DNA from: an uncultured bacterium
Lineage (GTDB): Bacteria > Actinomycetota > Acidimicrobiia > Spongiisociales > UBA5794
Assembly: GCA_963801165.1 (NCBI GenBank)
Contig: CAWDDT010000009.1
Coordinates: 352,001-416,000 of the forward strand
DNA length: 64,000 bases
Direction of reading: 5' to 3'
Below, in pieces: positions 48,967 through 58,964 of this stretch. The notes under the pieces are model-generated. The model saw only the letters and a program-made list of their open reading frames with translations, was not told the origin of the DNA and searched no databases. The stretch's first letter is position 1. Each line of letters begins with the position of its first letter. The position numbers and the translations under genes were made by a program.

Positions 48967-49109
48967 TCAGCACTCCCGATCGGATGTTCTCAAGACTATT
49001 CGGCGCCGCTTGCGGAGGTGGACGAGCCCGATGGTGGTTGAGGTTCGGTGCCGCCTGGCTATTGTCCCCGCGTAGCCGAACCGGCCGGTGGCAAATGGTG
49101 GAGATCTAG

Positions 49110-49922
49110 ATGTCGTCACGAGGGTACGACTTCATCTTCTTCGACTGTGACAGCACCCTGAGCACAATCGAAGGTATTGATGAGCTCGCCCGGATGAAGG
49201 GCAAGTTCGACGAAGTCAAGGCCATGACCGACGCGGCGATGGAAGGTGAGGTCTACCTCCAGACCGTCTACGACCGCCGGCTCGAGATGCTGGCGCCCAC
49301 CCTCGAAGAGATTGCCCGCATCGACGATTTGTACCGTCGCACCACAGTCGGCGACGCGGCCGATGTCGTTGGCGCCCTGCGGGCCGCGGGCAAGGAGGTG
49401 TTCATCGTCTCCGGCGGTCTGCTGGCGGCGGTGCGTCCTTTTGGCCAGTGGCTCGGCGTCCCCTACGACCACATTCGTGCCGTCGATCTCGAGTACGACC
49501 AGCTCTCCGGCGAGTGGTGGGACTATATGCAGGATCAGTGGGATCAACGCACCGACGTCCGCTACAAGGACTCGGAGGACACGCCCCTGGTCGACTCATC
49601 AGGTAAATCGGCCGTGATCACTGAGCTATTGCCGAGGCGCTATGGCCGATCGTTGTTGATCGGGGACGGGGTCAGCGACCTGGCTGCGCGTAGCGCTGTC
49701 GACCTGTTCGTCGGTTTCACGGGGGTGGTGGCCCGCCCGCATGTCGTTGCCCGGGCGGACGTTCTCATCACCGGCGACTCGCTGGCGCCGCTCTTACACG
49801 TGGCACTCACGCAAGACGAGACGAACTCGCTATCGGGTACCGTGTACGAAACGGTTGCCGCTACGGCAAATGCCCGCGTGGTAGCTGGTGAATTGACGAT
49901 CCGAAAAGGCGCATCGCCATGA
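49110..49922 (+). CDS. serB: HAD-IB phosphoserine phosphatase
   Basis: FFDCDSTL..EGIDELA, AMEG, VSGG, GK, IGDGVSDL; coupled to serA. Confidence 0.8.
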   Translation: MSSRGYDFIFFDCDSTLSTIEGIDELARMKGKFDEVKAMTDAAMEGEVYLQTVYDRRLEMLAPTLEEIARIDDLYRRTTVGDAADVVGALRAAGKEVFIVSGGLLAAVRPFGQWLGVPYDHIRAVDLEYDQLSGEWWDYMQDQWDQRTDVRYKDSEDTPLVDSSGKSAVITELLPRRYGRSLLIGDGVSDLAARSAVDLFVGFTGVVARPHVVARADVLITGDSLAPLLHVALTQDETNSLSGTVYETVAATANARVVAGELTIRKGASP

Positions 49923-51508
49923 AATATCGAATACTGGTGACAGACGAGCTATCCGCTGAGGCGGTGGCGTTGCTCGAGGCCCACGATGACATCGAGTTCG
50001 ATGTGGCCAAGGGTCTCAGCCCCGACGAGTTGCGGCAACGGATCCCAGGCTATGACGCGCTGATCGTCCGGAGCAGCGCCCGGGCGACCGAGGACGTGAT
50101 CTTGGCCGGCGACCGGCTCAAGGTCATCGGACGCGCCGGTGTCGGCGTCGACAACATCAACATCGCCGCCGCGAGCGAACGGGGGATCGTGGTGATGAAC
50201 ACGCCGGGGGCCAACACGGTGGCCACCGCCGAGCACACGATGGCGCTGCTGCTGGCGCTGTGTCGCAACATCCCCCAGGCGGTCGCCAGCCTCAAGGACG
50301 GTCGCTGGGAGCGCAAGCAGTACAAGGGCGTCGAGGTCCGCGACAAGACCATCGGGATCGTCGGCCTCGGAAGGATCGGGCGGCGGGTGGCTCGCCGATG
50401 CCGTGCCTTCGGGATGCAGGTCATCTGCCACGACCCCTATCTCAGCGACGAGCGTGCCCACCAGATGCGGATCGACCGGGTGTCGCTCGACGAGCTGCTG
50501 CGGCGGTCCGACTTCATCACCCTGCACGCGGCCCTCACGCCCAAGACACGGGGCATGATCGGCAAAGAGGCAATTGCCAAGATGAAGCCCGGGGTCCGGA
50601 TCGTCAACGCCGCCCGGGGCGACCTCATCGACGAGGAGGCGCTGGTAGAGGCGCTGCGGTCCGGGGTCGTCGCCGGGGCCGCGCTCGATGTGCTGTCTCA
50701 GGAACCCGCGGATCCCGACAACCCGCTCCTGCATATGGACAACGTGCTGGTGACGCCCCATTTGGCGGCAAGCACTCAGGAGGCACAGCTTCAGGTCGGC
50801 ATCCAGATCGTCGGCCAGGTACTCGACGCGCTACACGACATCGAATATCGCAACGCCATCAACATGCCCGTCGTCGACACCCAGACTCTCCAGGAGCTTC
50901 GACCGTATCTCGCCATGGCCGAGCGTCTGGGCAGTATGCAGAACCAGATGGCGCTCGATGCCATCACCAAGATCGAGATCGCTGTCGAGGGGCGGGTCAT
51001 CAACGAGCACATCAAGCCGGTGACGGTTGCCATCCTCAAGGGTCTCCTCGAGCACGTTTCAAACGTCACCGTGAACCAGGTCAACGCACCGCACGTGGCG
51101 ATGGAGCGTGGGATAGTCGTGTCACAGAGCAGCGGGCTCCACACCACCGATTACCCGAATCTGATCTCGTGCCGGGTCGAGTGGAACGGGGGCAGCCGCA
51201 CTATGACGGCCACGCTGTTCAGCCACGACGAGCCGCGTATCGTGGAGGTAGATCGGTTCCGCATCGACGTGATCCCCGAGGGAACCATCCTCGTTGCCTG
51301 GAGCCACGATCAACCCGGCTTTATCGGCAGAGTCGGCACACTGCTCGGTGAGCTCGGCATCAACATCGCAACGTGGCGGACGGGCCGTACCGGGCTCGGC
51401 GAGGTGGCGCTGTCGTTTATCACCGTCGATGGTGACGTGCCCGATGAGGTTATCGATCAGCTTTCCGTGACGCCGCCGATCGAGCGGATCATCAAGGTAC
51501 ATTTGTGA
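49919..51508 (+). CDS. serA: D-3-phosphoglycerate dehydrogenase with ASB and ACT domains
   Basis: GRAGVGVDNI, GLGRIG, NAARG, TPHLAAST, DQPGFIGRVG. Confidence 0.95.
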   Translation: MKYRILVTDELSAEAVALLEAHDDIEFDVAKGLSPDELRQRIPGYDALIVRSSARATEDVILAGDRLKVIGRAGVGVDNINIAAASERGIVVMNTPGANTVATAEHTMALLLALCRNIPQAVASLKDGRWERKQYKGVEVRDKTIGIVGLGRIGRRVARRCRAFGMQVICHDPYLSDERAHQMRIDRVSLDELLRRSDFITLHAALTPKTRGMIGKEAIAKMKPGVRIVNAARGDLIDEEALVEALRSGVVAGAALDVLSQEPADPDNPLLHMDNVLVTPHLAASTQEAQLQVGIQIVGQVLDALHDIEYRNAINMPVVDTQTLQELRPYLAMAERLGSMQNQMALDAITKIEIAVEGRVINEHIKPVTVAILKGLLEHVSNVTVNQVNAPHVAMERGIVVSQSSGLHTTDYPNLISCRVEWNGGSRTMTATLFSHDEPRIVEVDRFRIDVIPEGTILVAWSHDQPGFIGRVGTLLGELGINIATWRTGRTGLGEVALSFITVDGDVPDEVIDQLSVTPPIERIIKVHL

Positions 51509-52686
51509 AGACGTCGCGCCGCGGCGAGATCGCTCCGTTCTACGTCATGGAGGTGATGAAGGCCGCGGCCGAACGGGAGCGGGCCGGCGGCGAGGTGTTG
51601 CACCTCGAGGTCGGCCAGCCGAGTACGTCTGCGCCCGTCGCAGTTCTGCAGGCTGCGGCCGATGCCCTCGGTTCGAACCGGCTCGGATATACCGACGCCA
51701 CCGGTATTCCCGAGCTACGGGAGCGTATCGCCGCCCACTACGGCGAGCGTTATGGCGTTACGGTCGATTCCCGCCGGGTGGTGGTCACAATGGGTGCTTC
51801 CGGGGCGTTTGTGCTGGCGTTCCTGGCGGCCTTCGACGCCGGTCAGAGGGTGGCAGTCACCGAGCCGGGCTACCCGTGCTACCGCAACACGTTGGAGGCG
51901 TTCGGAGTGGAGGCGGTGCCGGTGCCTGTAGGCCCCGAGAGCAGGTTCGTACCGACGAGCGGCTTGCTGGCTGCGGCGGGGCAGCTCGACGGGTTGATGA
52001 TCGCCAGCCCGGCCAACCCGACGGGTACCGCGCTGCGGCCCGATGAGCTCGAGGACGTAGCGGCGTTCTGCCGTGTGCATGGGATCCGGCTGATTGCCGA
52101 CGAGATCTACCACGGTATCGAGTACGGCGAGCCCGTGCCGACGGCGCTGAGCGTCGATCCGGACGCGGTTGTTCTGCAGAGCTTCTCCAAGTACTACTCG
52201 ATGACCGGATGGCGTCTCGGGTGGATGGTTGTCCCCGACGATCTGGTCCGCCCCATCGAGCGCCTGGCGCAAAACCTGTTCATCTCGGCGCCGACACTGT
52301 CGCAGCTGGCGGCTCTGGCCGCCTTTGATGCGACCGAGGAGCTGGACGCCAACGTGCAGCGCTACGCCGCCAACCGGCAGGTCCTGATCGACGGTCTAGG
52401 AGAGGTGGGTTTGAACCACTTCGCCTCGCCCGATGGTGCGTTCTACTTCTACATCGACGTCTCGCATCTGACCGGCGACAGCCAGGAGTTGTGCCGGGTA
52501 TGGCTCGACGATCTCGGAGTGGCTTGCACGCCGGGTATCGACTTTGACCCGGTCCAGGGTCACCGCTACGTCCGCCTCTCGTACTCGGAGTCGACGGCGG
52601 ACGTTGCCGAGGCGACGAGCCGTATCGCCGCCTGGGTCCGGGCTCGGCAGAGCTCGAGCGCTGCGTGGGATTGGTCGACTGAGTGA
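51505..52686 (+). CDS. Class I/II PLP aminotransferase
   Basis: SPANPTG, ADEIYH, SFSKYYSMTGWRLGW. Confidence 0.93.
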   Translation: MKTSRRGEIAPFYVMEVMKAAAERERAGGEVLHLEVGQPSTSAPVAVLQAAADALGSNRLGYTDATGIPELRERIAAHYGERYGVTVDSRRVVVTMGASGAFVLAFLAAFDAGQRVAVTEPGYPCYRNTLEAFGVEAVPVPVGPESRFVPTSGLLAAAGQLDGLMIASPANPTGTALRPDELEDVAAFCRVHGIRLIADEIYHGIEYGEPVPTALSVDPDAVVLQSFSKYYSMTGWRLGWMVVPDDLVRPIERLAQNLFISAPTLSQLAALAAFDATEELDANVQRYAANRQVLIDGLGEVGLNHFASPDGAFYFYIDVSHLTGDSQELCRVWLDDLGVACTPGIDFDPVQGHRYVRLSYSESTADVAEATSRIAAWVRARQSSSAAWDWSTE

Positions 52687-52711
52687 CGAGCCCGGTTTCA
52701 GGGAGAATCTG

Positions 52712-54025
52712 TTGAGAAGATCATGCACCCTCGTGCTCGTCGTACTGTCGATGCTGGCCACCGCCTGTAGCGGCGGTGCGCCCGAGGCGACGACTACTGC
52801 TGCGGACGGGAACGCCACGACGACCAGCGCCACCGGCGTCTCGACGGCAGGCGGGTCTGTCGTCTGCGCCGAGCCCGTGACCATCGGGGTGGTAACCGAT
52901 CTCACCGGCGGTCTGTCCATTTACGGTACCGAGCTGGAGCGGGGAGTAGTGGCCGGCCTGGCCTACGTGTCGGGCGAGGAGGCCCAGGAGGGTGACGATC
53001 AGACCTACCAGGTCGACGACTGTCGGGTCCGGGTGATCTTCGCCGACGACCAATCGAACCCGGAGGTTGCCGGGGTCGTCGCCCGCAGGCTGATCGAGGA
53101 CGAGGGGGTGGACGTGCTGGTTGGCTCGGCCGGTCCCGGAACCACTGCCCCGCTGGCCGCGGTGGCTGCGCAGGTCGGTGTCGTTCTGATCGCCACCTCC
53201 GACACGACGGGTGGGCTCAGCGAGTCCGATTTCGGTGTGAACACGTTCCTCCTGGCATTGAGTGCGGCGCAACATGCATATGCGACGTGTGGCTACCTGG
53301 CGGCGGCCGTCGGGGCCCACACCTTCGTTCAGATCGCCCCCGACTATCCGGCCGGTCGGCGGGCGGCGAGCGCGTTCCATGCCGCCTGTGAGTTGGCGGG
53401 TGGCGGGTTCGTTGCCGATGACGAGATGCTGTCGGCGGCCACCAACGACTTTGCCCCGGTGGTGGCGACCCTCGCTGCCGCGAGTCCCGACTCCGTCCTG
53501 CTCACCTGGCCGGGTGGCGGCCTCGGCTCGCTCATCACAGAGGCGGCGGCTGCTTTCCCGGGCGACACCGCTTTCGGGGTGACGTTTCCCCCGGACGTGA
53601 TTATGCCCATCTATTTCGACGGTGCGATCGGGTGGACCTCACCAATCACATATCACTACACGTCGCCGCAGACTGACGCCAACGACTTCCTGGTGCAGAC
53701 CGAATCCGTCTCAGGGTCGATTCCCGATCAGTTCGACGCCCTGGGCATGAACGCGACGCTGCTCGTTGTTGCGGCGCTCCGCAAGACCGGTGGCGTCACG
53801 GACACCGATGTACTGCGGGCTGCCATCGAAGACGCCGAGTTCGCCGGGCCGAAGGGAACGGTGGCCATCCGGGCGGCGGACCATCTGGCGATCCAGGACA
53901 CGTACATAGTCACCCTGGTCAGTACCGACGACCCGGAGCGGCGCTACTACGACACGGTAGCGACCATCCGGCCCGAGCCGCCTTGTCTCCTCGACGGAGA
54001 CGCCGCGACCCGGTGCGGCGGGTAG
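52712..54025 (+). CDS. Branched-chain amino acid-type ABC substrate-binding lipoprotein (no permeases adjacent)
   Basis: Lipobox ATAC, IGVVTDLTG, ADDQSNP, GPKG..IRAADH. Confidence 0.85.
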   Translation: MRRSCTLVLVVLSMLATACSGGAPEATTTAADGNATTTSATGVSTAGGSVVCAEPVTIGVVTDLTGGLSIYGTELERGVVAGLAYVSGEEAQEGDDQTYQVDDCRVRVIFADDQSNPEVAGVVARRLIEDEGVDVLVGSAGPGTTAPLAAVAAQVGVVLIATSDTTGGLSESDFGVNTFLLALSAAQHAYATCGYLAAAVGAHTFVQIAPDYPAGRRAASAFHAACELAGGGFVADDEMLSAATNDFAPVVATLAAASPDSVLLTWPGGGLGSLITEAAAAFPGDTAFGVTFPPDVIMPIYFDGAIGWTSPITYHYTSPQTDANDFLVQTESVSGSIPDQFDALGMNATLLVVAALRKTGGVTDTDVLRAAIEDAEFAGPKGTVAIRAADHLAIQDTYIVTLVSTDDPERRYYDTVATIRPEPPCLLDGDAATRCGG

Positions 54026-54080
54026 CCGCTCAGTTCGCGAAAACTTCCGACGGCTCGCGAAATCTGCGCCAGAAACACGG

Positions 54081-54109
54081 TTGCGAACGTGTGTTCGGTG
54101 TCATAGGGT
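54081..54109 (+). promoter_or_regulatory. sigmaA promoter with LexA (SOS) box
   Basis: TTGCGA-N17-TAGGGT; CGAAC-GTGT-GTTCG at 54084-54097. Confidence 0.85.
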
Positions 54110-54134
54110 CGAAGCCTCACACGGAGATCGTCAC

Positions 54135-54944
54135 ATGGAGATCGTGATGGATTTCGGCTCAGACGGCGCACAGAGGATTGCGGACCTGCGCACGAAAGTG
54201 CGTCGCTACCAGGCGCGTTACGGCGAGCTCGAAGGCATGGTCGATCTGGAGAAGGCGAACCGTGCGCTTGCGGTGCGGCAACGGCGGCTCGATCAGCTCA
54301 GCGAAGAGTATCAGCGGATCGCCAGCCGGATGCGCTCGCTGACGGCGGAGGTCGAGCGAATCGAGCGCTGGATGGAGTTCTGCGTCGAGGATGTCGTCGC
54401 CAGGGCAAGACGGGCGCATGCCGAGGGATGGTCGCCGACCGCGGTGCTGGGGTACCGGCTGTGGGCCGTCGGTCCCGACGGGATGCACGGTGTCAAGATG
54501 GCATGGCGTGAGCGAAAGATGACTGCGACGTGTCTGGCGCGGGGCGGCTCCGATGAGATCCCGCACACCGATGGTCGGTGTGGCCGGCTCGGCTGCGGTG
54601 TCTATGCAGCAAAGAGCATCGACCCGCTTTTCCGGGGGTTTGACGTAGCCGGCATCGGGGATGTCGCCGTCGGGCTGGTGGCCCTGACCGGCAAGGTCGT
54701 CGAGCACGAGACGGGTTACCGAGCGGCCGAGGCAACGGTGGTCGCGCTCGGTGCCTGCCACGGTTCGCATCTCCTGTTGACCGGCGACCCCGACCACATC
54801 GACCGGGTGTTCGCCGACCCGGGTCTCATCACAAACGAACCCGTCGTGGAAACACAGCAAGAGCGCCTCCTCGAGATGGAGACGTACGTCGAGCAAGCAG
54901 CAAGGAGGGCCACCCCATGGACATTGGCGAGCAGCAGCGAGTGA
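54135..54944 (+). CDS. Uncharacterised protein: coiled coil plus Cys/His domain
   Basis: GGAG RBS; N-terminal heptads; LGYRLW..TATC..PH..CGRLGCGVYAAK..GKVVEHETGYRA. Confidence 0.8.
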   Translation: MEIVMDFGSDGAQRIADLRTKVRRYQARYGELEGMVDLEKANRALAVRQRRLDQLSEEYQRIASRMRSLTAEVERIERWMEFCVEDVVARARRAHAEGWSPTAVLGYRLWAVGPDGMHGVKMAWRERKMTATCLARGGSDEIPHTDGRCGRLGCGVYAAKSIDPLFRGFDVAGIGDVAVGLVALTGKVVEHETGYRAAEATVVALGACHGSHLLLTGDPDHIDRVFADPGLITNEPVVETQQERLLEMETYVEQAARRATPWTLASSSE

Positions 54945-55072
54945 TCATCGTCGAGGTCGACGAGTCAACGAACAAGCCGGATCCGGCTGAGGAGACGCAA
55001 CCAGTGCGCACGCCGGACACCGCGGCCGCCTGGCCGCTACCACTTGATCTCGAGCCAGAGCCGGTTGGTTAG
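54917..55072 (+). CDS. 51-aa acidic, Pro-rich small protein (not in the ORF track)
   Basis: AAGGAGG RBS at 54902-54908; MDIGEQQRVIIVEVDESTNKPDPAEETQPVRTPDTAAAWPLPLDLEPEPVG. Confidence 0.7.
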   Translation: MDIGEQQRVIIVEVDESTNKPDPAEETQPVRTPDTAAAWPLPLDLEPEPVG

Positions 55073-55237
55073 CGCCCAACCCGGTCGGCGGCCCCGATGG
55101 GGCCGTGCCACGGCTCGCCGTGCCGGGGGTGGACGCGGCCCGCGCAGCGACTCGTCGCAATTTGCGCGAGACTCTATTGTGTGAACCTCGTGGTGAAGCC
55201 ACGGGGAGAGAACGTCGGTCCGGCTGGCAGAGGGGCA

Positions 55238-55669
55238 ATGAAAACGAACAGCATTTGGATCTGGATGACGATCGCAGCGATCTGGGTCACCATTCTGATC
55301 ATGAGTATGGGGTCGCCGACTCTCCAATTCGGGTCCGACCCGGTGGTGATCGACGTCGGCATCATCATGGACTGGTTCTGGGGCTTGGTGGGAACGGTCG
55401 GCGTTCTCCGGCTGACAATGTTCCGTCGTCCGGCGGAGGTCGGCTGGGGTCAGGACACTGCCTGGCCGTGGGTGTTCGGTATTGTCGCCGCAATGTGGCT
55501 TGCCGCAGCAGTAGCCGCCATCAGCTTGCCGGTATTCGATTTGGGTGAGGACATCGTTATCCCCGTTGCCGCGATTGTGGCGCCCATCTCGGCGGCGATG
55601 CTCACCTGGTACGCCTGCGAGTTCCTCGTTGCCGGGTTCGCCGCTCGACGAGGCAGTACGCCTGCGTAA
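55238..55669 (+). CDS. Hypothetical 4-TM membrane protein with internal duplication
   Basis: Two similar halves (AAIW..SP.L.FGSDP / AAMW..LP...LGED). Confidence 0.7.
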   Translation: MKTNSIWIWMTIAAIWVTILIMSMGSPTLQFGSDPVVIDVGIIMDWFWGLVGTVGVLRLTMFRRPAEVGWGQDTAWPWVFGIVAAMWLAAAVAAISLPVFDLGEDIVIPVAAIVAPISAAMLTWYACEFLVAGFAARRGSTPA

Positions 55670-55718
55670 ATCACACGCGTTCTAGCCTTCTTGGATGGTC
55701 GGAGGGGCACGAGACAAC

Positions 55719-57176
55719 ATGGACGGGCTGACGCGGCGTGACGGTAGGCTCCCGCTGGTGGCCGCCGCGCTGTCCGCTCTGCTACCGGGCTTGGGGCAGC
55801 TCTATGCGGGCAGGAAATGGCGAGCGGTGTGGTACTTCGCCGTCGCCACCGGGATCGTAGGAGTCGTGGCGGCCGTCTGGATCGACGACCCGAAGACGTT
55901 TCTCAAGCTCGCTTTCGATCCGACCGTTCTCGTGGTGCTGCTCTTCGCCAACGCGGCGTTGTTTCTGTTGCGGGCCTTTGCCGCCGTCGACGCGTACCGT
56001 CTGCTGGGGCGGGTGGCCGCGCCGAGGTGGGCGACATGGACTCTGGTGCCGGCCATCGGGTTGGTGCTGCTCGTTCCCCACGCCTGGCTCGCCTACTACG
56101 ACGGGGTTCAGTACGACCTGATAAACACCCTGTTTGCCGACCCCACAACCACAACCACGACCACCACCACAACAACGACCACCGCAGTGGCGCCAACGAC
56201 CGATCCCGGGACGGGTGTTACGCCGTCGTCGACCACCACCACAACCACCACGACGACCACGACCACGACGACCGAGCCTCCGGCGCCGTGGGACGGTCTC
56301 GACCGGCTCAACATCCTATTGCTGGGCGGCGACGCCGGGGTGGGCAGAACCGGGGTGCGCACCGACACGATGATCGTCGCCAGCGTCGACCTGAACACCG
56401 GTGATCTGGCGTTGATCAGCATTCCCCGCAACTTCGCCAGGGTGCCGGTGGCCGACGACGTCGGTATCTTCTCATGCAACTGCTTCCCCGACATCCTCAA
56501 CGCGCTGTACATCTATGGGGAGAACCATCCCGATTCGTTCCCCGGGCCCGATACGCCGGGCGCCAACGCCATCAAGGGAGCGATCACCCAGCTGACCGGT
56601 CTCCCGATCGACTACTACGCCCTGGTGGCGCTGGACGGTTTCGTCGATGTCATCGACGCCCTGGGAGGGGTCGAGATCACGGTGACCGAGCGGGTCTTCG
56701 ACCCTGCCTACCCCAGTGAGGACGGCGGTACCGAACCCGTCAATTGGGAGCCCGGCACCTACAAGATGAACGGCCATGAGGCCCTCACCTATGCCAGGAC
56801 CCGATACTCCGACGACGATTATCACCGGATGAGCCGGCAGCGCTGCGTCATAGAGGACGTTCTGCGACAGGCCGATCCGTTCTCGCTCGTGCGCAACTTC
56901 CCCAAGCTCGCGGATGTGATCAAGAGCAGCGTCGAGACCGATATCCCGCTCGATGTCGTCCCCGACCTCATCGACCTCATGTCGATCGTCAACACCGACG
57001 AGGCGGTCTCGCTGCGTCTCGTGCCCCCGACCTACGTCTCGGGTCACACCGAGGACGGATACAACATCCCGGACGTCGACCGGATCCACGAGGACGTCAG
57101 GATCGCAACCAGCCTCCCCGCCGCCGAAGCCCGGGTGCAGCTCGGGATCGACCCCGCCGAGGACTCCTGCGGCTAG
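55719..57176 (+). CDS. LCP (LytR-CpsA-Psr) family cell-wall ligase
   Basis: TM region, Thr-rich linkers, NILLLGGD, RTDTMIV, SIPRN, ARTRY..DYHRMSRQ; start could also be 55695. Confidence 0.93.
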   Translation: MDGLTRRDGRLPLVAAALSALLPGLGQLYAGRKWRAVWYFAVATGIVGVVAAVWIDDPKTFLKLAFDPTVLVVLLFANAALFLLRAFAAVDAYRLLGRVAAPRWATWTLVPAIGLVLLVPHAWLAYYDGVQYDLINTLFADPTTTTTTTTTTTTTAVAPTTDPGTGVTPSSTTTTTTTTTTTTTTEPPAPWDGLDRLNILLLGGDAGVGRTGVRTDTMIVASVDLNTGDLALISIPRNFARVPVADDVGIFSCNCFPDILNALYIYGENHPDSFPGPDTPGANAIKGAITQLTGLPIDYYALVALDGFVDVIDALGGVEITVTERVFDPAYPSEDGGTEPVNWEPGTYKMNGHEALTYARTRYSDDDYHRMSRQRCVIEDVLRQADPFSLVRNFPKLADVIKSSVETDIPLDVVPDLIDLMSIVNTDEAVSLRLVPPTYVSGHTEDGYNIPDVDRIHEDVRIATSLPAAEARVQLGIDPAEDSCG

Positions 57177-57259
57177 GTCTTGCCGCGAGTGGTTACCCGA
57201 CGTGTCGAGGTGCCGACAGGGGGAATGGTGTCCAGGGGGGACGCCGCGAGGTGCTCAGC

Positions 57260-57517
57260 ATGGTCCCGGTAGAACTCGTCAGCGGTCGACGGCTTCTCTT
57301 GAACGTACATGTGATTGAGTCGATCGAAGAGCTGGCGAGCGGATCGGTGGTCGTCACCGACAGCCAGCGGTACCGAGTCATCGACTCTGCGGACTGCCTG
57401 GTTGAAGCGATCGAGGCTGTGCGCCGGAAAGCAAGAGCGATCGCCCTGGAGCGATTGCAGCCGCGGCGGGTGGAGTTGCAAGTCGTTGCCGCCCTCGGCG
57501 GGGACAGCGGGGCCTAG
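57260..57517 (+). CDS. FlbD/SwrD-like small protein
   Basis: MVPVELVSGRRLLLNVHVIESIEE..RYRVIDSADCLVEAIEAVRRK follows the FlbD pattern. Confidence 0.55.
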   Translation: MVPVELVSGRRLLLNVHVIESIEELASGSVVVTDSQRYRVIDSADCLVEAIEAVRRKARAIALERLQPRRVELQVVAALGGDSGA

Positions 57518-57605
57518 GTGCGCTACCCCCGGCTTCTGGGGTCTCTTCGTAGCTGACAGTCTGCTCTGGTCGATCGGGGACGTTGCCGTCGTAGGATCGT
57601 GGGCG

Positions 57606-58409
57606 ATGGCCCACTTTGCCGAATACGCGCCGTGCGGACCAGGCCGCCGCCCTCCCGCCGACCTCCTTATCGGTGCCGCGGATCAACGACACGCCGATGG
57701 CATAGCTGCGCTGCATGCCGCCCGCGAAGGGGTCTCCAGCGAGCAATCGAGAGAATGGGCGCAGCGAGCGCTGGACCGAGCCGGTGAGCGGTCGTACCTC
57801 GTTGTGGCGGAGACGGGTGGCCGTGTTGTCGGATACGGCCTGGCGGGATGGCTCGACAGCGAGACGGCCCCGCACGGGTTCTATCTCCTGGGTATCGTCA
57901 CCGACCCGTCGTTTCGACGGATGGGTATCGCCCACGAGATCACACTGCAGCGACTCGATTGGATACGAGAACGCGCCGACGAGGCGTTCTACTTTGCCAA
58001 CGCCGCCAACGCCGCAACCATCGACTTACACGCCAGATTCGGGTTTCGTGAGGTGCAGCGGGCGTCCGAGATTGCCGGCGTCACCTTTGACGGAGGGTCT
58101 GGGATCTTGTATCGAGCCGCACTCACCGCCGACCCGCATCCGAGTGCGAGCAGCGGCACCTGGGCGGTCACCGTCGGGAGCACCGGCGTTCGTTTCAGCC
58201 CCGGCCCGGGCGAGGCGTCGGTGGCTCCACCTGACGCCGCCATCAAGGCGGTCCTGGCGGACGGAACTGAGGTGACGCCGAGGATGGAGCTCGTGGCCGA
58301 CGAGGATGGTGGTGGCTTCTGGCACCGGTTCGACCCGCCGCTGGCCAACGGTTCGGTCATCTATCTGAACGGGTCGGCCATCATGACCGTAGGTCCAGCC
58401 GCGCCGTAG
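57606..58409 (+). CDS. GNAT acetyltransferase with C-terminal extension
   Basis: LVVAE..VVGYG, LLGIVTDPSFRRMGIA, NAATIDLHARFGF. Confidence 0.8.
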   Translation: MAHFAEYAPCGPGRRPPADLLIGAADQRHADGIAALHAAREGVSSEQSREWAQRALDRAGERSYLVVAETGGRVVGYGLAGWLDSETAPHGFYLLGIVTDPSFRRMGIAHEITLQRLDWIRERADEAFYFANAANAATIDLHARFGFREVQRASEIAGVTFDGGSGILYRAALTADPHPSASSGTWAVTVGSTGVRFSPGPGEASVAPPDAAIKAVLADGTEVTPRMELVADEDGGGFWHRFDPPLANGSVIYLNGSAIMTVGPAAP

Positions 58410-58431
58410 GTCGCAACGAGGAGGACAACAC

Positions 58432-58884
58432 GTGCAAATCGACCTGAGCCAGGCAAGGTGGGTGCACGACATCGACACCGTCGATTGGCAGGAGCTCTCC
58501 GATCTCTACCGGAGCGCCCCGCTCGGGGACAAGCCGCCGGAGCGGCTGCGCACGGTTTTCGGCAACAGCATGTTCCCCTGTTTCGTCTACCTCGGCGGGC
58601 ACCTGATCGGAGCCGGCAGAGCCATTGCCGACGGGCTCGACTGCGCTTATGTCGCCGATGTGGCCGTTCACCGCGACTACCAGGGCAATGGGGTAGGCGC
58701 GGCGATCATCCGCAAGCTCCTTGACGTCACCTCGGGACACAAGAAGGTCATCCTCTATGCCAACCCGGGCACCGAGGGCTTCTACTCGGCTCTCGGGTTC
58801 CTGCCGATGACCACCGCCATGGCTGTGTGGGCGGACCCGGAACGGGCGGTTGCCGTCGGGCTTGCCCGTGTGGTCGATCGTTGA
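58432..58884 (+). CDS. GNAT acetyltransferase
   Basis: DVAVHRDYQGNGVG, GFYSALGF; GAGGAGG RBS. Confidence 0.9.
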   Translation: MQIDLSQARWVHDIDTVDWQELSDLYRSAPLGDKPPERLRTVFGNSMFPCFVYLGGHLIGAGRAIADGLDCAYVADVAVHRDYQGNGVGAAIIRKLLDVTSGHKKVILYANPGTEGFYSALGFLPMTTAMAVWADPERAVAVGLARVVDR

Positions 58885-58964
58885 AAAGACCACCGCCGGA
58901 GAGTCCCGATCTCCGCGGTGCGCCCGCCTGAGGTCGCCGGCGAGATAGTCTCCGCAGGAGACTC

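Noticed and set aside
56143-56273. ACC/ACG/ACA trinucleotide tracts
   Set aside because: They encode Thr-rich linkers of the LCP protein, as also seen at ~8517-8537
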